Shown piece after piece: positions 56,802 through 64,000 of a stretch of 64,000 bases of DNA. The notes beneath the pieces were generated by a model. It saw only the letters and a program-made list of their open reading frames with translations, had not been told where the DNA came from and ran no database searches. Origin of the DNA: Candidatus Krumholzibacteriia bacterium (GTDB lineage: Bacteria > Krumholzibacteriota > Krumholzibacteriia > LZORAL124-64-63); assembly GCA_050174015.1 (NCBI GenBank), contig JBFXKG010000003.1, positions 160,001 to 224,000 on the forward strand. Direction: 5' to 3'. The first letter of the stretch is position 1. Each line of letters starts with the position of its first letter. The position numbers and the translations under genes are program-made.

Positions 56802-58076
56802 TCACTCCGGGAGCCCGGAGCGCCAGCTTCCATCGACGCGGAACCGCACCCGGCGGTAGCCCTCGTCGATGAGTTCCTGCACCTCGGCGCGGGATCCGCC
56901 GGTGAGGACCATCACGCCGGCGCGGTCGCCGTGGCTGGCGATGCGCGGCAGGACGTCGCCCGGTCGGCGGGTGATCTCCAGCTTGGCCAGGCCGGGCCGG
57001 GCGCTGAAGTCGGCGGGAACGTCCACCTCGTCGAGGCGGCCGGGCGGGGGGAAGAAGTAGCGGTTGGCGACGACGAGACGGCGGCTCGGCTGCAGGCGAT
57101 CCCGGTCCGGTTCCCGGCCCAGGGCCAGGGCGATCACCGCCTCGACGTAGTTCACGCCGGTGCCCAGGGGCACCAGCCCGGCGCTGAAGTCGCCGCCCGA
57201 CAGCCGGGCCGCCATCTCGATCATCATCGGGCCGCGCCGGGGGCAGACCACCACGTCGCCCTTGGCCACGCCCGTGGCGATCCCGAGGGCTGCGGCGGCG
57301 CTCTCCACCAGGCGTTCGACCTGGCCCTGCACCGGCGTTCCGGCGAACTGCGAGGGCAGCCAGCCGCCGTTCTCCATGATCTGGGGGTGGAACACCTCCA
57401 TGCCCTCGTACAGCCGGTCGGCGAAGCCGGGGGTGACGGCCCGTCCCTGCAAGACCACCGTCTCGGTGGAGATCTGGGGGCCGTCGACGAACTCCTCGAG
57501 GATGACCCCGCCGGTGCGGGATTCCCTTCTGGCGGTTTCCACCGCGGAGGGCAGGGCGGATTCGTCGCTCAGCACCTGGACCCCGCGCGACCCCGCGCGG
57601 TCGGTGGGCTTGACGATGACGCGGGAGCATTCCCAGGCGCGCCAGCGGTCCCGCGCGTCGGCGGCCGCAGCCACGGCTGCGAACCGCGGCACGGGCACGC
57701 TTCGTTCGGCGAACCGCTCCTTCATGGCCAGCTTGTCGGTGGCCAGGCGGCCGGTCTCGGCGGTGGGCCCGGGCCACCCGTAGCGGGCCGAGATCGCGGC
57801 CAGCAGGTGGGGCACGTCGCTGCCCATGGTCGAGACGCCGGCCAGGTTCTCCCCCGCCCGCCGCCGCTCGTCGATCCAGGCGAAGACGGCGTCAAGGTCG
57901 CTGAAGTCGATGGCCGCGCCCAGGTCGGCGGCCTGCAGGCCGGGGGCCGCGGGATTGCCGTCGAGGCAGGCCGTGCGCAGACCCATCCGGCGGGCGGTCC
58001 GGATCATGAAGATCTGGTCGGTGCTGCCGCCGAGGACCAGAAGGACGGGCGGGCCGGTTTGCGGGTCCACCATCAC
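56802..58076 (-). CDS. ATP-grasp domain ligase
   Basis: 'LVLGG', 'DKLAMKE', 'IVKPTDRAGSRGV', 'EEFVDGPQISTE', 'KGD', 'IEMAARLSGG'; GTGA overlap with the upstream stop. Confidence 0.88.
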   Translation of the reverse strand: MMVDPQTGPPVLLVLGGSTDQIFMIRTARRMGLRTACLDGNPAAPGLQAADLGAAIDFSDLDAVFAWIDERRRAGENLAGVSTMGSDVPHLLAAISARYGWPGPTAETGRLATDKLAMKERFAERSVPVPRFAAVAAAADARDRWRAWECSRVIVKPTDRAGSRGVQVLSDESALPSAVETARRESRTGGVILEEFVDGPQISTETVVLQGRAVTPGFADRLYEGMEVFHPQIMENGGWLPSQFAGTPVQGQVERLVESAAAALGIATGVAKGDVVVCPRRGPMMIEMAARLSGGDFSAGLVPLGTGVNYVEAVIALALGREPDRDRLQPSRRLVVANRYFFPPPGRLDEVDVPADFSARPGLAKLEITRRPGDVLPRIASHGDRAGVMVLTGGSRAEVQELIDEGYRRVRFRVDGSWRSGLPE

Positions 58077-59356
58077 GGCACCAGCACCGCGGTCCGGGTG
58101 ATGCGCCGGTGGTACTCGCGCACGACCTCCAGGGGGACGTTCTCGCCGTTCAGGTAAAGGCAGGTGTCGAACCCGAAGCTGCGGGTCTTGGCGAAGTCGA
58201 GGTTCAGGCGGTCCCAGTCCATGGGCTCGGAGACCAGGCCCCGTTCCAGGGCGAAGTCCCAGTAGGGGGTGCCGGGTATGGGCGTGGTGAGGTAGAAACC
58301 CTCGATCTCCAGGCGGCCGGCGTTGCGCTCGATGAAGGCGGCGGTCTGCTCCAGATCCTCGCGGGTTTCGCCGGGAGTCCCGAGCATGAAGGCGGCGCTG
58401 ATCCCGATCCCGAATTTCCGTCCCAGATCGATGCAACGCTGGTGGTTCTCCACCGACGCCCACCGGCCCTTCATCAGCTTGAGCAGCCGGTCGCTGCCGG
58501 TCTCCGCCCCGAACCGGATGGTGTGGAAGCCCATCCTCTTCGCCGCGGCGAAGGTCTCCTCGTCGGCCAGGTTGCTGGTGATGAAACCGTGGAAGCTCAT
58601 GCGGCCGAGCAGACCCTCGGCGTCCATCAGGCGGACGATCTCGTGGACGCGGCGACGGTCGGCGAAGAAGAGGTCGTCCTGCAAGCGGATGCTGGCGGCG
58701 TCGTACCCTTCCACCAGGTCGTGCAGGTCATCGACGAAGCGCCGGGCGGTGTGCAGGCGCAGCTTACCCCAGTGCCGGCTGGAGGCGCAGTACCGGCACC
58801 TGTAGGCGCAGCCCCGCGAGCTGAACATCATGATGTTGCGGGCCCCACGGGAGATGTTGCGAACCGGCCGGGGCAACGTGTCCATGGGGATGGGCCGTGG
58901 GCGTTCATTGATCGCCACGCCGCTAAGCGGGTCGTGGTAACACAGGCCGGGAATGTTACGCAGAACCTGGGCGGGGAGGTTACCGAGTTCACGATAACGC
59001 CGCACCAGCGCCGCCATGGGCCACTCGCCCTCGCCGATCACCCCGGCGGTGAACTCCGGATCCAGCAGATGAGGTACAGCCGAGATGTGGTAGCCGCCCA
59101 GGACCACGGGGATGCCCAGCTCGTCGACCGCCCGGCGCGCCAGCCGCCGGGCCCCGTTGTAGCACTGGGTCACGCTGCTGATGGCCAGCAGGTCGGGTTT
59201 CCAGGAGAACACATCTTCGGGGGTGGCGGTTATACGGATCTCGATATCAGGTTCTTCCCGCTGCACCCAAGCCGCGACCGAGCCCGCACCCAGGGGGAAT
59301 TGCCGGATGGGCATCTCGTCCTCGGGCAACGAGGCGATGAAGAACATCAGCTTCAC
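58073..59356 (-). CDS. B12-binding radical SAM protein (class B methyltransferase-like)
   Basis: 'VVLGGYH', 'VIGEGE', 'SSRGCAYRCRYC', 'DDLF', 'FGAETGS', 'FMLGTPGET', 'TPIPGT'. Confidence 0.92.
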   Translation of the reverse strand: MKLMFFIASLPEDEMPIRQFPLGAGSVAAWVQREEPDIEIRITATPEDVFSWKPDLLAISSVTQCYNGARRLARRAVDELGIPVVLGGYHISAVPHLLDPEFTAGVIGEGEWPMAALVRRYRELGNLPAQVLRNIPGLCYHDPLSGVAINERPRPIPMDTLPRPVRNISRGARNIMMFSSRGCAYRCRYCASSRHWGKLRLHTARRFVDDLHDLVEGYDAASIRLQDDLFFADRRRVHEIVRLMDAEGLLGRMSFHGFITSNLADEETFAAAKRMGFHTIRFGAETGSDRLLKLMKGRWASVENHQRCIDLGRKFGIGISAAFMLGTPGETREDLEQTAAFIERNAGRLEIEGFYLTTPIPGTPYWDFALERGLVSEPMDWDRLNLDFAKTRSFGFDTCLYLNGENVPLEVVREYHRRITRTAVLVP

Positions 59357-60099
59357 GGCAGGACCGCTCCGCCGGCCACGCTGATGACCTGGCCCGTCAC
59401 GTAGTTCTGATCGTCGCCGGCGAGGAAGACCGCCGCGCTGGTGACGTCCTGCAGCTCGCCGGGTCGCTTCAGCAGGGTCAGGCCGACCACGGCCCGGCCG
59501 CCGGGGCCGCGCAGCTCGTCCCGGGTCAGATCGGTCGCGATGATCCCAGGAGCGATGGCGTTGACCAGGATCCCGCACTCGGCTCCGTAACGCGCCACCG
59601 CGGCGGTCAGGCTGATCAGCCCGGCCTTGCTCACGGCGTAGTGCACCGTCTTGGGCCCGTGGTACTGGCCCGCCACCGAGGCGATGTTGATGATCCGGCC
59701 CCCGCCGGCCTTCAGGTATTCCCAGGCCTCCTGGCAGCAGATGAACGGGCCCTTCAGGTTGGTGTCCAGGATCCAGTCCCAGTCCTCGTCCGTGATCTCG
59801 TCGAAGGCGCAGACCTTGTTGACCCCGGCGTTGTTGACCAGGATGTCGATCCGGCCCATCCGGTCGACGGCGACGGCCATCAGGCCGCGCACCTCCTTGC
59901 GCCGGGTCACGTCGGCCTGCAGGGCGATCGCCCGCCGGCCGCAGGCCTCGACCAGCCTGACGGTCTCCAGGGCGGCGCCGGAATCCGCCCGGTAGCAGAC
60001 GACGACGTCGCAGCCCTCCTCGGCGAAGCGCAGGGCGATGGCCCGGCCGATGCCGCGGCTGGCCCCGGTGATCACGGCGACCTTGTCCTTCAAACGCAT
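59353..60099 (-). CDS. Short-chain dehydrogenase/reductase (FabG-like)
   Basis: 'TGASRGIG', 'NNAG', 'YAVSK', 'VNAIAPG'. Confidence 0.93.
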   Translation of the reverse strand: MRLKDKVAVITGASRGIGRAIALRFAEEGCDVVVCYRADSGAALETVRLVEACGRRAIALQADVTRRKEVRGLMAVAVDRMGRIDILVNNAGVNKVCAFDEITDEDWDWILDTNLKGPFICCQEAWEYLKAGGGRIINIASVAGQYHGPKTVHYAVSKAGLISLTAAVARYGAECGILVNAIAPGIIATDLTRDELRGPGGRAVVGLTLLKRPGELQDVTSAAVFLAGDDQNYVTGQVISVAGGAVLP

Positions 60100-60108
60100 G
60101 GGTGGCTC

Positions 60109-61314
60109 CTAGTCGTTTCCGGTGGTCGAAAACAGGCCAAGGCAGGGCACGCCGGGGAAGCGGGTGGCCGCCGCGTCCTGGATGTCCTCGATCAGGGTCC
60201 GGTTGCTGACCCCGGCGAGGATCAGTCCGGGCTCCAGGTCGGCGATCTGCGAATCCCCGAGTATCCTTGCCCCCAGCAACGTCTTGCCCTGTTTCTGGGG
60301 ATTGCGGTCGTAGACCAGCAGCCCCCCCTGGACGCTGTCGGGAACGTGCTCGAGGACGGTCAGCAGATCGGCGCCGGCGCCCCAGATCAGCAGGGGCCGG
60401 CCGGCCTTGTCCTGGTCTTGCAGGATGCGGACCAGCCTGCGGGCGGCCGTCTTGCCGCCCAGTTCCTGCCGGGCGAGCTGATCGGTAAAGAGGGCGCCTC
60501 CCTCCAGGCCCGCCGCGGCGATCAGGCAGAGACTGGGATAGCCGCCGACGGCCCGGTCGCTCAGGTGGACGGTGCCCAGGCCGCGCTCGGCCAGGGCCGC
60601 AGTCAACCCTGCCCCGGTGAAGTGATGCAGATGAACCGCGTGGATGTTCAATCCGGTGTGATGGCCGCCGGCCCGGGACAGGATCAGGCTCGAGGGAACT
60701 TCGAGCAGGAGCCAGCCCCGGTGGCCCACGATGCCGGCCAGGTGGTCCAGGAACAGGCTGGGATCCGGAACGTGCTCCAGGACGTGGCGGCAGATCACGA
60801 CGTCGAAGGCTCCGGGTTCGATCACGTCGTCGAATTCCAGCTGCTCGAGGGTGCCGCGGACGATGGTCACCCCGGCGGTCTCCTCCGCCGTGTCGTACTG
60901 GTCGGATGGCTCCAGGCCCACCGCCTCCAGACCCCACTGCCGGGCGATCATCCCCAGCAGCACGCCGTTGCCGCAGCCGACCTCCAGACACCGCCCGGCG
61001 CCGAGCCCGGTGACCGCCTGCAGAAGATCCAGCCGGTCGGCGTAGACGGCCTCCTTGTAGGCCGCCGCGCCGGGCACGTGCCGCTCCATGCCGATGGACT
61101 TGTAGTAGTTGTCCAGGACGAAGGCCGAGGGCAAGGGATGCTGGGAAACGGTCCCGCACCGGCGGCAGGCCTGATAGGTGGTGGTCCGGTAGGGGAGCGC
61201 CTCGGTGGGGAGGGCGTAGTTCAGATCGGGCACGATCTGGGTGCCGACGGCCCGACGGCCCTCGGCTCCACAGAGCGGGCAGGGGGGTGTTGCTCCGGCA
61301 TGGTCGTTGTGCAT
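60109..61314 (-). CDS. Class I SAM-dependent methyltransferase with an N-terminal Zn-ribbon (sugar C-methyltransferase-like architecture)
   Basis: 'CPLCG..CRRCG', 'LEVGCGNG', 'HVLEHVPDP', 'LEVP', 'IWGAG', 'DRNPQKQG'. Confidence 0.85.
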   Translation of the reverse strand: MHNDHAGATPPCPLCGAEGRRAVGTQIVPDLNYALPTEALPYRTTTYQACRRCGTVSQHPLPSAFVLDNYYKSIGMERHVPGAAAYKEAVYADRLDLLQAVTGLGAGRCLEVGCGNGVLLGMIARQWGLEAVGLEPSDQYDTAEETAGVTIVRGTLEQLEFDDVIEPGAFDVVICRHVLEHVPDPSLFLDHLAGIVGHRGWLLLEVPSSLILSRAGGHHTGLNIHAVHLHHFTGAGLTAALAERGLGTVHLSDRAVGGYPSLCLIAAAGLEGGALFTDQLARQELGGKTAARRLVRILQDQDKAGRPLLIWGAGADLLTVLEHVPDSVQGGLLVYDRNPQKQGKTLLGARILGDSQIADLEPGLILAGVSNRTLIEDIQDAAATRFPGVPCLGLFSTTGND

Positions 61315-62609
61315 CAGGCCTCCGCTTCGGGTTCGACGTCGCCGCCGAGGTTGGCCCGGACGCCCTTGGTCAACGCCAGAAGGGCGTACAGGGGGGTCCG
61401 CTTGCGCAGTTCGCGCACCCGTTCGCCCAGGTCGAACCGTTCCTCCGCCGTGGCCTCGAGCCGGCCGCGCACGAGGGAGGTCAGCGAATCGGGCGTCACG
61501 TCCCAGGGCCCGAGCCCGGCCTCGGTGCATCCGGCCTGTTCGAGGAAGCCGGTCACCTTGGGCAGGTAGCTGATGGCGCCGAAGGGGGTGCCGGCTATGG
61601 CGCTGAACACCGCGGCGTGCAGCCGCACCGCAAGGGTGGCCCGGGCCGCGCCGTACAGGGCGATCAGGTCGAGGGGATGGTGGCGTTCCTCGATGACCCG
61701 GCACTGCACGCCGGCAGGGGCGGCGGCGGCCAGGCGCCGGGCCAGGATGCGGTCGTCGTCGGTCACGTAGGTGCTCTGGGGGATGAACAGGAACGCCGCC
61801 TCGTGCTTCATGGCCGCCATCATGCCCAGGATGCCGTCCTCCAGACGCCGCTGAGCCTCCTGGCTGACCGGGCGTGCCAGATCGCGCAGCCCCAGGGCGA
61901 TCAGGGGCCGGTCGGGCAGGGGCAGCATCCCCTCCTGCGCGAGGACCTCGCGCGCCCGCAGCGGTCCGGGACTCTCTGCGCCCAGGGTCGCATCGGGCAG
62001 CACGTGGATGTAGGGCATGCGGTCCCCCGGCTTGGACGGCCGGCCGCCCAGGAGGGAGCGGCACAGGCGCGCCGAGTCCAGGTCCCTCACCGTGATGACC
62101 GCCGCGGTCCGCAGCAGACCTTCGGTCAGGTGCCGGCCCAGGGGAGTGCGCAGGGGCCCGATGCTCATGCCGTACAGCATGACCGGCTTGCGGGCCTGGC
62201 TGGCCAGCGATCCGTACAGGGCCATCAGGGGGATGGGCCCCCGCATGTCCCCGATGGTCAGGTCGATCAGGGCGTTGCCCGCGCCCAGGACAAGCAGGTT
62301 GCACGCGGCGATCTCCCGCTTGATGCGTTCGAGGTGGGCGGGATCGTCCCCCTCGTTGAATCCCAGGAACTTGCGGCCACGCGCCTCCTCGGCGGTGTCG
62401 TACTCCAGGTTCTTGACCATGGCGACCCCGTACCGCTCCTCTTCCCACGGGTCCGGATGCCGGGACAGGACCCGGAACCTCAGGTCGGCGGTGGGCAGGA
62501 AGGTGCGCATGCTCTCCATCAGGCAGAGCAGGGGCAGGTCGTCGCCGGCGTTGCGGATGCCGTAGGCGCCGGCGCAGAGGATGGTCACGGGACGTCGGGG
62601 CAAGGGCAC
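61314..62609 (-). CDS. Polysaccharide pyruvyl transferase family protein (CsaB/WcaK-like)
   Basis: 'GAYGIRNAGDD', 'GMSIGPL', 'ITVRD..S', 'PD', 'RLHAAVFS', 'ISYLPKV'. Confidence 0.88.
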   Translation of the reverse strand: MPLPRRPVTILCAGAYGIRNAGDDLPLLCLMESMRTFLPTADLRFRVLSRHPDPWEEERYGVAMVKNLEYDTAEEARGRKFLGFNEGDDPAHLERIKREIAACNLLVLGAGNALIDLTIGDMRGPIPLMALYGSLASQARKPVMLYGMSIGPLRTPLGRHLTEGLLRTAAVITVRDLDSARLCRSLLGGRPSKPGDRMPYIHVLPDATLGAESPGPLRAREVLAQEGMLPLPDRPLIALGLRDLARPVSQEAQRRLEDGILGMMAAMKHEAAFLFIPQSTYVTDDDRILARRLAAAAPAGVQCRVIEERHHPLDLIALYGAARATLAVRLHAAVFSAIAGTPFGAISYLPKVTGFLEQAGCTEAGLGPWDVTPDSLTSLVRGRLEATAEERFDLGERVRELRKRTPLYALLALTKGVRANLGGDVEPEAEA

Positions 62610-62721
62610 CTCTTCGTTGGGGGCATGTCGACACGGGCACGATACCACAGGGAAGGTTGCTTGGCAGCTTTCAACTCGGTACACTTAAGGACATCGGAGT
62701 TCCATTTGAAGGGATATCCCC

Positions 62722-64000
62722 ATGCGGTTCAAAGTCTACTTCACCTTGGCCAGCCTGATCCTCCTGCCCAGATTGGAGGTTGCGAGTGGGCAGATCATGT
62801 CCCTGGAGCCGGGATCTGGAGAACCCCATTCCTGCGTGATCAGCAGGGTTGCGGTTGTCCAGGGGGATGGGGTCCAGGATCTGATCTTCCGCTTCGCCGG
62901 AAGCTACTTCGGCCGGGCGGGTCTGCTGCTGGAAGTGCCTGCAGGAACGGAATTCTCGACTCTCGATCCGGCGTTCTTCTGGAATCTGATCGAAAACCTG
63001 GGTGACGAAGACCTGGAACATATCTGGGACCCCATTTCCTTCAAATCGGGTATCCACGCGGATTGGATGTACCCCGCCGATTACCCGGAAGCTTCTATCT
63101 CCATCATGGACCAGCGAATATTGGGGCCATTCCAACAGGGTGAACTGGATCGTTGGATCGGCGGCAAGGGGTTGGAATTTTCCGAGGAAGATAGGCAATC
63201 AATCCGGTCCCGTCTGGCTTCAGGAGCGTCATTCCTGGCCATGGAATTGTCCCATGTCCCCAATATTCCCCAATGCTATCCCCATGACCATGGGCTTTCC
63301 GAAGTCATCCGCCTTCGATTCCTATCCAGCCGGCCGAAGATACCCTTGCAATTGTCCAGTAGCCTTTATGGAATCCCTTATCAGACCCACCTATTCGTTT
63401 TTTCCCGCGAACCCATCATACCCTCCCGCTTGCCGGACTGGGTGCTTCCCGTCCGGATCTTCGGGCCTGGAAGTGCAGCCAAGGTGTTCCTGCCGGCAAA
63501 AGGATGGCGTGGCCCGGATCCGCAATTGACCCAAGGGATCGGGAAGGATCTCGAAGGAGACCCCCTCTATCCCTGGCTTTGCCCTGATTACACGAGCCTG
63601 GTGGTCCTGAGGATGGCGGAAATGCATCCTGCCGAGGCGGACACCTTCTCGTGGTCGGAGAACGCCTGGGAGGAATTCGACCCGGCCGTAGGTTTGTGGT
63701 CGGATTCCGTGAGAATCAGGGCGGCTGCGGCGGGGATGCTTGGAGCCTCGGGCAATGAGGCGGACCTGGATACCTTGCGCCGGTTTCTCGCAGTCTGGCC
63801 CGAGGTGGATGCTTCGATTGCGGCGGCGATCCATGCGATGGACCTTGCGGCCGCGGAGGAGAGGGACGGGGAGATCCTCAGGTGGTCGGGATCGACCGCC
63901 TGGGTGATCCACCGTGCCATGTTCGGATTCTATTTCCATCATCCTGATCAGTTGACGTGTCCGGTCATCATGACCTTGATGTCGACCTGGACCCACCTGG
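62722..64000 (+). CDS. Exported hypothetical protein, DUF2330-like N-terminal region followed by a HEAT-like helix pair; 3'-truncated by the window edge
   Basis: Translated by hand from ATG 62722 (AAGGGA upstream) with no stop to base 64000: MRFKVYFTLASLILL..RVAVVQGDGVQDLIFRF..LLLEVP..LDRWIGGKG..FLAMEL..IRLRFLSSRPKIPLQLSS..HLFVFS..VRIRAAAAGMLG. It is absent from the ORF track because it has no stop codon. Confidence 0.68.
   Translation, partial: MRFKVYFTLASLILLPRLEVASGQIMSLEPGSGEPHSCVISRVAVVQGDGVQDLIFRFAGSYFGRAGLLLEVPAGTEFSTLDPAFFWNLIENLGDEDLEHIWDPISFKSGIHADWMYPADYPEASISIMDQRILGPFQQGELDRWIGGKGLEFSEEDRQSIRSRLASGASFLAMELSHVPNIPQCYPHDHGLSEVIRLRFLSSRPKIPLQLSSSLYGIPYQTHLFVFSREPIIPSRLPDWVLPVRIFGPGSAAKVFLPAKGWRGPDPQLTQGIGKDLEGDPLYPWLCPDYTSLVVLRMAEMHPAEADTFSWSENAWEEFDPAVGLWSDSVRIRAAAAGMLGASGNEADLDTLRRFLAVWPEVDASIAAAIHAMDLAAAEERDGEILRWSGSTAWVIHRAMFGFYFHHPDQLTCPVIMTLMSTWTHL

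Noticed and set aside
93..63996. Many long alternative-frame and antisense ORFs in the track (e.g. 14363-17410 -, 17194-20583 -, 29764-33111 -) and long N-terminal extensions on real genes (e.g. 14554-, 20920-, 11334-)
   Set aside because: They are Arg/Pro/Gly-rich shadows expected in high-GC DNA and have no recognisable motifs. The true starts are supported by RBS and stop/start overlaps.

Overview
High-GC bacterial chromosomal DNA. Several secreted proteins carry FlgD/T9SS-like C-terminal domains, there is a PorV/PorQ-type barrel, and one protein ends in a short 'TSFGNVKALFR' tail; together these suggest an FCB-superphylum candidate lineage such as Krumholzibacteriota (inference). Positions 1-24.3 kb form a LacI-controlled beta-glucan (probably beta-1,2-glucan) utilisation locus. 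It contains an ABC permease, a discoidin-domain glycoside hydrolase-like lipoprotein, GH1, a stand-alone NdvB/Cgs-type GH94, a CBM9-like protein, a TonB-dependent receptor, a 1100-aa secreted partner, a dedicated PorV-like barrel and a GH144-like glucanase, and it is interrupted by an AT-rich LVIVD-repeat gene. Further on are an apparently exported AmmeMemoRadiSam operon with a spermidine-synthase-like membrane protein, sulfatase/FG-GAP/PNGase F-like genes, and an HNH nuclease. Between the HNH gene and ilvE lies a candidate sigma54-driven three-hairpin small RNA. The remainder holds a TlpA-DUF4266-DUF3570-ApbE cluster, a 5xLysM amidase, housekeeping genes, a five-gene polysaccharide-tailoring operon, and an ORF missed by the ORF track that runs off the right end. 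I saw no rRNA, tRNA, CRISPR array or transposase. All family calls are from motif recognition by eye, not database searches.
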